This document shows, one piece after another, positions 10,223 to 20,900 of a DNA stretch of 64,000 bases. The first letter of the stretch is position 1. Each line of letters begins with the position of its first letter. Origin of the DNA: Chthoniobacteraceae bacterium. Its GTDB lineage: Bacteria > Verrucomicrobiota > Verrucomicrobiia > Chthoniobacterales > Chthoniobacteraceae. A program made the translations under genes and the position numbers. The DNA lies in the NCBI GenBank assembly GCA_040081625.1, contig JBEBGD010000012.1, forward strand, positions 26,533 to 90,532. Reading direction: 5' to 3'. Below the pieces are notes generated by a model. The model did not search any database, was not told the DNA's origin, and saw only the letters and a program-made list of their open reading frames with translations.

Positions 10223-13200
10223 TCAGTTCCCCTGAAGGCGCAGCCGGAAGAACTGCTTCGTTCCGAGCATCGGGCCGCTGATGTTCACGGAACCTCCGGG
10301 CAGCGGGAGGCCGTCGTTGCCAGGCACGTCCCACTGCCACCACGTCGCGAGGTCGAGCGAGGTCTCGACGATGCCCGAGCGATTCGCCGGCACGTCGAAG
10401 CTGAACGTCGCGGTGTTCAAACTCGTGCTCACCAGCGGCGTGAGGAAGCTGGCGCCGCTGAGCGGATTCGTGAGCGCGAGGAACTCGGCTTCATTCGTCC
10501 GCCCATCGCCATCGGCATCGAAAGTCGGTGCGCCCTCGGATGAGCTGCTCGATCCAAACTGCGCGAGCCGCCACTGCGCGTAGGTCTGCTGCGTCGGCAG
10601 CGCGTTCGCGATCCAATCGGACAGCAGCGCGATGCCTGTCTGGTCGAGTTCGCTCGTCGCGAGCGGCGGCATCCGCGTGTAGCCATTCGTCGCGGCGATG
10701 CGGCTGAGCATGACGGAGTGCAAAGTGTCGCCGGGCACGATCAGCTTGTCGTTCGGATCGAGCGCCGCCGCGGCGTTGCCGTTGATGAGCCCGGTCACCG
10801 CGAGTGTGAGTTCGGGCCGCCCGTCCCACGACGGCCCGGAGCCGCCCGGCAGGTGGCAGTAGGCGCAGTTCACCGCGAGGTAGGAACGCGCGCGCGCCTC
10901 GACCGGATACGCCGTTTCATCCGGCCGCACGTGCCGCGGCAGCACGTTCGCCGACGGCACGCTGTTGCCGAAAAATCCCGCGTCGCGCAGCAGCGTGAGC
11001 TGGTTGCCGGTGAAGCCGTTGATCGTCTCGGTGCAATTCAACTGCCGCGTCGTGAACGACAGCGCGTGCCCACCCTGTGGCGTGTGGCAGCTCACGCACT
11101 CGGTCCGGCTCGGGATGTGCCAGTGCTGCGTGTAAGGCAGGCCGCCATCCGTGATCGCGAGGTCGAAGTCGTCGCCGCCATCGCTCACCAGCGCCGCCTC
11201 GGTCTGCGCCTCGTTCCATTTGTAGCTCACGCCATAGACGCCGCCCGCGTTGCGCACGAGCACGCGCGTTTCGATCCGCTTCTTCGTCGCGGGAACGCCG
11301 CGCGTCATTTCCATGTCGAAGTGCTTCACCCAGATCATCCCGCCGGGCAGCGTCCACAGGCTGTCTTTCGACCACGTCATCGTGCTCACGAGGTCGGGCA
11401 TCATGAACCAGCGCCGCTTCACCGCGTAGTCGCTCCAGAACGTGAGGTTCGGTGTGTATGGCAGCAGGCCCGGGGCAGGGGAGAGGTCGCTCACGTCGGC
11501 GAAAAGCTCCGTCGCGCTCAACGTCGCGGGATAACCGCCGGCCGGCGTCGTCGTGATGAGCCGCATGATCGTCCCCGTGAAATACGACGAGAGCAGCACG
11601 TCGCCATTGCTCGGGTCTGTGCCGAAGTTCGCCGGGAACGCCGAGCCCGCGATGCGCCCGACCGTCGTCACGCCACCCGGCCGAGTGAGCGCCCAGATGT
11701 TTCCCGACACGTGATCGCCGAAAATGTAAGCGCCCACGAGGCTCGAGAAGCGCGTGCCGCGATACACCACGCCGCCGGTGATTGAGTTGCCCTTGAAGTT
11801 CGAGTCGCCCGCCTGCGAGTTGTGAACATATTCGTAGATCGGATCGGTGTAGATGAAACCCGGCGGCGCCTGCGCGGACTTCGGCCCCGGGTGCGCGCCG
11901 TCGCGATACGCCCAGCCGTAATTTCCGCCGTCCTCGATGAGGTGAACCTCCTCGTAAATATCCTGCCCCACGTCGCCGCACCACAGCTCGCCCGTCGCGG
12001 AGTCGAATGAGAACCGCCACGGACTGCGCAGCCCGACCGCCCAGAACTCCGAGCGCACCGTCGCCGCATTCACCGCGACGCCATTGAACGTCGTCGCGCC
12101 CACCCACGGATTGTCCGCGGGCACTTTGTATCGCGCGACACCGCTGTCGGTTGGGATGATCGTGTTCGCCGGGTCGGCAGCGGGGTTCGGTTCCAGATTT
12201 CCCGCGAGCCGATCCACGTCGATTCGCATCATCGCGGAGAAGAACTTCCCGTCGATCTTCTGCGAGTTGTTGAGGTAGTCGTTCGCGTTCGCCTCGTCGC
12301 CGTAGGCTGTGTAGAGATAACCGTCCGGACCGAAATGGATGTCGCCGCCGTTGTGGTTGTCGATGCGGTCGCGCTGCTCGAGGAGCATGGACTCCGAGTT
12401 CGCATCCGCGACCGGCGTGGGCGAGCCGATCTGCGCGGTGGGAATCGTGAAGCGCGAGAGCCGCTGATACCACACGGTGTTGTCGCTCGCCTTGCGCACC
12501 GAGTAGTGGACGTAGAAGTAACCGTTCGATGCGAAATTCGGATGGAACGCGAGCCCGAGCAGCCCGCACTCGCCATCCGGCCCGGCGACGATGCTCTCGG
12601 TCCCGCCGCGATTCGCGAGCATCGTCGGGATGTCGAGCACGACGGCGCTCGTCGGCGCGCTCGCCGTCACGTCCGGGACCACTTTCAGCAACCCGCCGAT
12701 CTCGCACACGAACAGCCGTTGCGCGTCGCCCGGCGGGCTCGCGAAAGCCAGCGGCTTGGTGAACGAAAGATTTCCAAATGCCGGCACGATCTGCACCGCG
12801 GTCGGCGGCGGGCTCGCTGGCACGTTGTGGCCGGGGTTCGCGATGCGCAGCGCGGTCGAGATGTTCACCGTCACCGTCGTCGGCGCCGAGTAGCCGCCGA
12901 ACCCGAGCACGCGATACGTGAACGTGACCGGCGTCGTGCTCGTGCCCGCGTGCGCGTAGAGGATGCGTCCCGACGAATCCGGCGTCGCGGTGCCGACGGC
13001 TGGCGGCGTCACGATCTCGACGGTCGCCGGATCGATGCTGCCGGTGTCGTTCGCGAGCACCGGGACTCGCACCTTCTGCCCCGCATGAATCGTCGCCGTG
13101 TCGGCCTGCGTCACCGCCGGGCCGAAGGTCGTGTCCGTGCCGCGATTGTAGCTCGCCATCACCTCCGTCGGAGTGAGCGCGCCGTTGTAGATGCGCAGTT

Positions 13201-14746
13201 CGTTGAGCGCGAGGTGCGCGTTCATGTCGCCGGAGTAAGCCGAGCGTCCGATCCAGTTGTTGACGTCCGAGATCTGCGAGAGCCGGAAGTTCATCTCGAG
13301 CACATGCTGGAGCACGCCGTTGCGATACCACTTCGCGCGTGAGCCGGTGCCGCCGTATTGCCCCACGCCGTCCTCGACCGTGAGCACGTAGTGATACTCC
13401 GTGCCCGCGGTCGTCGCCGTGGAGAGATCGGTCTCGTAGAGAATTGGACCCGCGTTGTTGTATTCGCCCTCGATGCGGTTCTTGCCGAATGTCGCGGCGG
13501 AGTTGAGCGAGAGCACGAGGTTGTCGTAGCCGTCGAAGTTACCCGGCGCCGCGGCGCCATCGATGACCTCACCCGTCGCCGCGCCCGCGCCGCTGGTGAT
13601 CGTGCTGCGCCCGAAATCAAACAGCCGCTGGTCGGTTCGCGACGAGAGCGGTGCGCACCACGCCTCGGCGGTGAAGTTTGGCTTCGTGTTCACGATGTTG
13701 TTCGGAAGATCGACGTAAGCCGAGATCGCCGACGCGCTCTGGTTGCCGTTCGTCCCGCCGGGCAGCGTGAGCGCCGTGCCGCTGAGCGTCGCCCCTGCAC
13801 CGCGCACCGTCGCCGTCGCGCCTCCGATCGTGTCGATGAAGTTTGTGCCGGTCGTTTCGTTGAACGACCAGCGATTCACCGGCTGCGCCGGCACCGCTGT
13901 GACCGCCGGCGGCGACCAGAGCGCATCCGGCCCGGCATCGCGGCTCGCGACAACTTCCTCCGGCGTCATCGCGTGATCGTAGATGCGGAACTCATTGAAC
14001 GACGCGTTCGCGTTCGAGTCGCCGCTCCACATCGAACGGCCGAGCCAGTTGTTCACGTCCTCGAGATTCGCGAGCCGATACGGCACCGGGGCCACGACCA
14101 TCACCACGCCGTCGCGATACCACGTGAGCATCCCGCCGATGTCCGCAAACGGCCCGACGCCGCCTGCGAACGTGAGCACGTAGTGATACTGCTGGCCGAG
14201 CGTCGTGGAGCAGTTCGCGTCGCGCGTGACGAAGCTGCCGCCATTGAGCGCCGCCTCCATCCGCTGCTGCGCGATGTTCGTGCCGATGTCGAACGAAAGC
14301 ATGATGTTGTCCGACGCGCTCGTCCCGCCGGGCGCAGTCGTCGTCGTGCCGGTGATCTCACCCGCCGCGCCACCGCCGACTCCCGCGGTGTTCACGCGCC
14401 CGAGGTCGAAGACGCGCATCCAGTTCTTCGCCGTGATCGGCGTCGCCCACGCTTCGAGCGTGATGCTCGTCTTCGACGACACGATCCCATTCGGCAGATC
14501 GACGTAGCCCGAGATGTTCGCCGCGGTCTGGTTGCCGTTCGTCGTGCCGGTGAGCGTCAATTGCGTGCCGGTGAACGTGGAGCCGTTGCCGCGCACGTAA
14601 GCGATCTCGCTGCCGACGCTGTCGGTGAGCACCGTCCCGGCGGGTGCGCTGCCGGAGCCGTCGAATGACCAGCGGTTCGTCAGTTCCGCGCGGGCGAAGT
14701 GAGGGACGCAGGTTAGCAGCGCGATGAGGAAGGCGCGCTGCATCAT
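10223..14746 (-). CDS. Secreted PQQ-type glucose/sorbosone dehydrogenase-family protein fused to a two-CxxCH cytochrome c region, with two N-terminal LamG-like domains and an Ig-like domain (1507 aa)
   Basis: Signal peptide. GLLGLAFHPNF, NHNGGDIHFGPDGYLY, GLRSPWRFSFD, GDVGQ..EE, SITGG.VYRG. CVSCH (11084-11098) and CAYCH (10853-10867), RMPP. DADGDG motif; C-terminal FFRLRLQGN. Confidence 0.85.
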   Translation of the reverse strand: MMQRAFLIALLTCVPHFARAELTNRWSFDGSGSAPAGTVLTDSVGSEIAYVRGNGSTFTGTQLTLTGTTNGNQTAANISGYVDLPNGIVSSKTSITLEAWATPITAKNWMRVFDLGRVNTAGVGGGAAGEITGTTTTAPGGTSASDNIMLSFDIGTNIAQQRMEAALNGGSFVTRDANCSTTLGQQYHYVLTFAGGVGPFADIGGMLTWYRDGVVMVVAPVPYRLANLEDVNNWLGRSMWSGDSNANASFNEFRIYDHAMTPEEVVASRDAGPDALWSPPAVTAVPAQPVNRWSFNETTGTNFIDTIGGATATVRGAGATLSGTALTLPGGTNGNQSASAISAYVDLPNNIVNTKPNFTAEAWCAPLSSRTDQRLFDFGRSTITSGAGAATGEVIDGAAAPGNFDGYDNLVLSLNSAATFGKNRIEGEYNNAGPILYETDLSTATTAGTEYHYVLTVEDGVGQYGGTGSRAKWYRNGVLQHVLEMNFRLSQISDVNNWIGRSAYSGDMNAHLALNELRIYNGALTPTEVMASYNRGTDTTFGPAVTQADTATIHAGQKVRVPVLANDTGSIDPATVEIVTPPAVGTATPDSSGRILYAHAGTSTTPVTFTYRVLGFGGYSAPTTVTVNISTALRIANPGHNVPASPPPTAVQIVPAFGNLSFTKPLAFASPPGDAQRLFVCEIGGLLKVVPDVTASAPTSAVVLDIPTMLANRGGTESIVAGPDGECGLLGLAFHPNFASNGYFYVHYSVRKASDNTVWYQRLSRFTIPTAQIGSPTPVADANSESMLLEQRDRIDNHNGGDIHFGPDGYLYTAYGDEANANDYLNNSQKIDGKFFSAMMRIDVDRLAGNLEPNPAADPANTIIPTDSGVARYKVPADNPWVGATTFNGVAVNAATVRSEFWAVGLRSPWRFSFDSATGELWCGDVGQDIYEEVHLIEDGGNYGWAYRDGAHPGPKSAQAPPGFIYTDPIYEYVHNSQAGDSNFKGNSITGGVVYRGTRFSSLVGAYIFGDHVSGNIWALTRPGGVTTVGRIAGSAFPANFGTDPSNGDVLLSSYFTGTIMRLITTTPAGGYPATLSATELFADVSDLSPAPGLLPYTPNLTFWSDYAVKRRWFMMPDLVSTMTWSKDSLWTLPGGMIWVKHFDMEMTRGVPATKKRIETRVLVRNAGGVYGVSYKWNEAQTEAALVSDGGDDFDLAITDGGLPYTQHWHIPSRTECVSCHTPQGGHALSFTTRQLNCTETINGFTGNQLTLLRDAGFFGNSVPSANVLPRHVRPDETAYPVEARARSYLAVNCAYCHLPGGSGPSWDGRPELTLAVTGLINGNAAAALDPNDKLIVPGDTLHSVMLSRIAATNGYTRMPPLATSELDQTGIALLSDWIANALPTQQTYAQWRLAQFGSSSSSEGAPTFDADGDGRTNEAEFLALTNPLSGASFLTPLVSTSLNTATFSFDVPANRSGIVETSLDLATWWQWDVPGNDGLPLPGGSVNISGPMLGTKQFFRLRLQGN

Positions 14747-14802
14747 CGGCCGAAAGAAGTGGTCTGCGGCGGATTCATTGGACGATGGGCTCGAAAATGA
14801 GA

Positions 14803-14836
14803 ACCCCGGCCGGCGGCCCCCACCGCCGACCGGGGT
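14803..14836 (-). terminator. GC-rich hairpin, possible intrinsic terminator/attenuator downstream of the PEP-CTERM gene
   Basis: 14-bp stem with one G-U pair on the minus strand and a 6-nt loop, followed by TCTCATTTT (weak U tract). Confidence 0.45.
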
Positions 14837-14991
14837 CGTATTCTACGTCCCAGACGCCGTTCTCCCAAACGGCGCTATGCGCGGTAGAAATTGATGACAC
14901 GAAAGACACCACGGCGCACTCGCGCCGCGGCTGCCTGGCCGCAGAAGTTCCCCCCCGGTCATGGACCGGGCAACATTGGTCAGGCGTGAAT

Positions 14992-17900
14992 TCATCGGGC
15001 GATGCGACGGCGGAAGCGCTGCAAGCCGAGCAGTCCCCCGAGGCCGGCACACAGCGCGGCGATCGAGTTTGGCTCCGGCACCACGACCAGCGCGACCGAT
15101 GTCACGCCGGCATAGGCCGCGTCGTTGTAGTTGTAATCAACCGCGAACGGCGTGCCGTTGAGCGTGAAGTAGGCAGCCGTCGCATCGTTGCCGGTGTAGT
15201 CGGTGAGATCGAAGTCGAAACCGGGCACGCGGAAGAATCCGCTCCCGAGCCGGTCGCCGCTGTAGGTCATGAACGTGAGGTGATCGTGCAGGCTCAGCGC
15301 GCCGGGGGCCGCGTCGCTCACCACGAGGCTCACGGCGCCGCTCAAAGTGAGATCACCATCCGCCGCGGTCGCTGCGCTGATGCGCACGACGTCGGCGAGT
15401 TGCGTCGTCGTGTTGATCTCGAGTTGGAAGTCCGAGCCGCCATTGAGCATCAGCGGTCCCGTGAAGAGCGTGCCGATGCTCGCGCCGGGACTGAGAATGC
15501 CGTCGGCGTTGACGATCACGTTGCCCGTGATGTGTCCGGTGCCGCCGAGCGTGGCGTTCGCCTCGACCGTCACGTCGCCACTGCCCGTCGCGGAGCCGCC
15601 GGTGTTGCTCGCCATGAACGTGCCCGCGCTGATCGTCGTCGGTCCACTGAAGGTCGCGCTGTTGTCACTCGACACCGCGAGCGTGCCGGTGCCGAGCTTG
15701 CTCAAGCCGCTCGTGCCGCTGATCGCGCCGGAGACGGTAAGGCTGTTGCCGCCCGTCACCTTGAACGATCCGCCGCCCACGCCGAGCGCGATCGCGCGCG
15801 TCGAGCCGAGATCGAACGTGCCCGTGCTCTCGAGCGTGCCGCCCGCGAGCGAGAGCGTGTTGGTTGCGGATGCGTTGCCGAGGTTGTCGCTCGCGCTGAT
15901 GCTCAGCGTGCCGCCGTTGATCGCCGTCGGCCCCGCGTAGGTGTTCACGCCGGAGAAGGTCGTCGTGCCCGTGCCGGTCTTCACGATGTTCACCGGGTCG
16001 GCGGGGAAGTCGAACACGTCGTCCTTGATCACCCCGCTGAATGTCGTGTCGGCATTGTTTCCGCCGATCGAGAACGTGAGCGAGCCAACGCCCGTGTTGT
16101 TGCCGATCACGCCGGAGCCGGAGATCGCGCCGAGCGCGATCGTGTTCGATCCCGCGATGTCGCTCGTGAGGGCGCCGGTCGCTCCGACATCCCACGTCGC
16201 GCTCGCGCTGCCCGCGCTCGTCGTTGTGAACCGCGTGAAGCCCGCGCTCGTCGAGAGCGTGCCGGCGAAGCCGCTGTTGTCGCCGCTGAGGAAGAGCGAG
16301 CCGTCGCCGGTCTTCGTCGCGGTGCCGCTGCCGGTGATGCTGCCGGTGAGCGTGAGGTCGCTGCCAGTCGGCGTGCTGAAGCCGTTTCCGGCGACTGCGT
16401 TGACCTGCACCGTGTTCGCCAGCGTGCGCGTGCCGCTTGCGCCGAGCGCGCCGCCGTTGAGCGTCACGAGGCCGGAGCCGACCGCCGCGTCGTTGCCCGC
16501 GGCGAGCGTGCCCGCGTTGATCGTCGTGCCGGTGTGTGTGTTCGTGCCCGTGAGCGTCGCCGTGCCTGCGCCGTTTTTCGTGAGGCTGCCGGTCGTGTTC
16601 GCGACGAGCGTCGCGGTGCCGGTCACATTGCCCGTGCCGCCGCCGCCGATGAGCGTGAAGGTAGGCGCACTCGTGTAATCCACGCCGGAATTCGTGATCG
16701 TGATGCCGGTGAGATTGCCCGCGCCGTCGATCGTCGCGACCGCGCTCGCGCCGATGCCTCCACCGCCGGTGATCTGCACGAGCGGCGCGCCGATGTAGCC
16801 CGAGCCGCTCGCGCTCAGCCCCGTCGCGCTCACGCCGTTGCCGGTCGGCGTAGTGAGGTTTTGCCCGATCGTGATCGCGAAGCCGCCGTCGTCGATCGTC
16901 GCGCCGCCGCTGCGCACCCACGCGGCGGTGAGCCCGCTCATGAAGTTTGCGTTGTTCCCGCCGGCCTTGAGCGTGCCGCCGTCGAAGCTGACGATGCCGG
17001 TGCCCGCGCCTTTCTGCACGATCGTCGTCGTCACCGTGCCGCCGTTCAGGTTCACCGTGCCGGAGCCCGTTCCGCCGATCGCGAGCTGAAGACCGATCGC
17101 GCCCGAGATGTTCACCGCTGCCGTGCCCGCCACTGTCAGCGTTCCCGCGCCGGCTTCGCCGACGATGAAGCGTCCCTGGTTCGCCGCCGTGCTCGTCACG
17201 TTCACCGTGCCGCCGGTGAGATGCACGACACCCCACGAGGTGGGCACCGAGCCATTGACCGTGGCGAACGAACCGGTCGTGAAGTTTTGAGCCGTCACAT
17301 TCACCGTGCCGCCGCTGACGTTGAAGTAGCCGACGCCATCGCGACCGACGGGCAGCCAGCCGCCGGAGTTGAGCGTGCCCCCGGTCTGCGTGAAGGCGCC
17401 ATACGCACCGCCGACGTTGCCGACCCACATCTCCGCGACTGCGGTGATCGTGCCGGAGGTGAGATTGAGCGCGCCCGCAGTGCCGCTGATGTTGCCGAGC
17501 GACAGGCTTGGCACTCCGCCCTTGTTCGCGTTGATCGTGCCGCCGTCCACGTTCATCACCGCATTCGTGCCCGCGGTGGTGCCGACGTTGACCTGGCCCG
17601 TGGTCGTGAGCGTTCCGGGCACGTTGAGCGTGCCGGCGTTCACGTTCATCACGCCGCTGTAGTTGCTCACGCCGGACATCGTCATCGTGCCCGCGCCGGA
17701 TTTCGCCATGCCCGCGCCCGCGCTGCCGGTCGTGACCGCCGCGGAGAGGAGCAGGTCGGTCGCAGCCGCGCCGTCCGCGACCGTGAACGTGAGGATGCCG
17801 CCCGGATTGTTTTCGCGCAGGTTGATGCGGCCCGCGATCGTCGAAGTCGTCGCGCTCGCGAAAGTGTTCACCGCTGTTCCATTCGCCATCACGTAGAGTT

Positions 17901-20900
17901 GCGGCGTGCCCGCGTCGCTCACGCCGCCATTGGTCTGCATCGTGCCGCCGGTGAGGTTGAAGATGTGGCCGAAGCCCTGGTCGCCGTTCGCGGTGTTGTC
18001 GAGCAGGCCGCCGACAATGTTGATCGTCTCCACCTTCGCGCCGCCGTTGTAACCGAGAACATTGTTGCCGGTCAGCCTGGCGGTCGCGCCCGAATTGATC
18101 GTGAGCGTGCCGCGAATGTTGCCGACGCCATCGTTGTTCGGGCGGCTCAGCGTGAGCGTGCCCGCGTTCACCGTCGTGCCGCCGGTGTGAGTCTGCGCTG
18201 CGGAAAGCGTGAGGTTGTTCGTTCCGTTCTGCGTCACCGTGCCGGTGCCGCTGATCACGTCGGCGTAAGTAAGGTCGGCGGTGCGGTCGAAGACGAGCGC
18301 CGCGTTGTTTGTGATGTTCCCGACGACCGAGCCGGTCGCGCCGGCGTTGCCGATTTGCAGCGTGCCCGCGGAGATCGTTGTGCCGCCGCTGTAGGTGTTG
18401 TCGGCGGAGAGGATCACCGTGCCTGCCGTCGTCTTCGTGAGTGCCGCTGCGCCGCCGAGGATCGCGCTGATCGAGCCGCTCTCGACCGCGTAGGACGTGC
18501 CGGTCAGCACGCCGGTCGTGCCGGTGATGCTGCCGCTGTTCAAGACGACCGCGCCGACCGTGTCGCTGTTCGCGCCGATGTCGAGCGTGCCGCCGTTTAC
18601 CGTCACCGCGCCCGCGTCGGCGAGTGTGTTCGTCGCGTGGCCGAGCACGAGCGTGCCCGCGGTCACGGTGGTGCCGCCGGTGAAGGTGTTCTGCGCCGAG
18701 AATGTGACGCTGCCGCCGCTCTTGTTCACGAGGATCGCCACGTTGCCGCCAATCGCGCCGTCGCCGATTGCGCCGGTGATGTTGATCGCACCCGCGCCGC
18801 TGCCCGCGAACGTAAGCGTGCGCGTCGCCGCCGGGGCTGCGTTTCCGTTGATCGCGCTGCTGACGGTGACCGGATTGCTCGAGTTGTTTGTCCACGCCTG
18901 GCTCGCGCCGAGCGTCACCGCGTTCGCGCTGATCGTGAGCGCGCCCGCACCCGAGTTCATCGTGATGCCGCCGCTGCTCACGATGGTGAACGTGTTCGCG
19001 CCGCCGATGCCGACCGCGCTCGCCGTCGCGATCGTCAGGCTCTTCACGCTCTGGTCACCGCCGAGCGTCGTGTCGAGGTTCGTCGCGCCGTCGGCGGCGA
19101 AGATCACGTCGCTGGTCGCGTCCGGCACCGCGCCGGTGTCCACGCCGCCGGACTGCGTCGTGTCGAAGTTCGAATTGCCCGCGTTCATCGTGTTCCAGAA
19201 CGCGTCCTGGTCGCCCTTCCAATACGCCGTGGCCGGCCCAGGCGCGGAGAGCGTGAGCGTGAGCGTGTTCCCGCCGCTCACGCCGAGCGTGAGGTTCATC
19301 CCGCCCAGCGTGGCGACGGAGGACACAAAGTTCGAGAGGCTGATCCCGGTCGCGCCGGTGATGAGATTGTAAGTGCCCGCCGCGACGCCGATGTCGGCGA
19401 AGTTCAGCGTCGTGATGCCCGTCGCGCCGAACGCACCGCCCGAGATCGCAAACCGATCCGCGCCCGCGCCGATGTCGAAGTCGAGCATGTTGCCGGTGTT
19501 GAGCGTGAGGCCGTCGCCGAGCGTGACCACGTTCAGCGCGCTGTTTTGCAGGTCCACCATCGAGCCGGTGCCGCTGAGCGTGAGCAGGCCGCCGATCGAT
19601 CCCGTCGCGGGGAAGAACAGCGTCGAGCCCGCCGCGATCGTCACCGCGCCGGTGAAGCCGGTGCCGGAGAGATTGCCGGCATTGAGATTCGTCGCGCCGG
19701 TGTAGGCCGCCGCCGAACTGAGCGTGAGCGTGCCCGCGCCGAGCTTGGTCAGGCCGCCGCTGTTGCTCGCCGCGAGCGCACTCGCGAAGGTCACGCTCTG
19801 CCCGTTCGTATCGATGCTGATCGCGCCGGTGCTGTTGACGATTCGCGTGCCGAGATCGCTCGTGTTTGTCGCGCTGAATTGCAGCGTGCCGCCACCAAAC
19901 GTCACATTCCCGCCGCCGCCGATTGCACCAGCGCTGCCGAGCGCAAGCGTGCCGGCGTTCACATTCGTCGTGCCGGTGTAGGTGTTCGCGCCGGTGAGCG
20001 TGAGCGTGCCGCCGCCGTTCTTGGTCAAGCCGCCGCTCGTGTTCGCTGCGAGCACGGGCACATCGAGGGTCGCGCCAGCGCCGCCGCCGCCGAGCAGCGC
20101 AAACGTCGGCGCGCTCGTGTAGCCGACGCCGGGATTGGTGATCGTGATGCTCGTGACTTCACCACTTCCGTTGATGTTCGCCACCGCCGTCGCGCCCGTG
20201 CCGCCGCCACCGGTAATCTGCACCAGCGGCGTGCCGACGTAACCCGTGCCGCCCGCCGTCACCGCGACCGAGTTGACGCCGTCGCCCGTCGGCGCGAGAA
20301 GCGGCTCGGCGATCGTCACGTTGAAGTTGTTCGTATCGATGACCGCGCCGCCTGCGTTCACATACGCATCGGTCAGCGCGAGGTCGGCGAAGAACGCCGC
20401 GTTGTTCGCGTTCGCCTTGAGCGTGCCGCCACCGAAGTTGAACCGATACACGCCGGCCGCATTGCTCGCGCCCTTGGTCACGCCGAACGCCGTAACCGTG
20501 CCGCCGTTGAGGTTGAAGTTGCCGACCGTCGAGGACGCCGCGCCGGCAAACTGGATCGTGCCGCTGTTGACGCCTGCGTTCGTGTTCAGCGTCACCGTGC
20601 CGGCGCTGATGTTGTAAGTGCCGTTGCCGTTCTCGCCGACGAACAATCCCGTGTTCGCGCCCGCTGCGACGGTGAGCGCGCCGCCGGTCTGGTTGACCAC
20701 GCCGATCGAGCCCGCGCCACCCGCGCCGATCGTCATGCGGTTCGCGTTCACATTGATCGTGCCACCGCTCTGGTTGAGCACAGCGCGATCGTTGTTCAGG
20801 CCGACGACATACCAACTGCCGACCGTCAGCGTGCCGCCGCTCATCGCCTGCGCGCCGTAAGCTCCGGTAAAGTTGCCGAGCCAGAATTCGCTCGTCGTCG

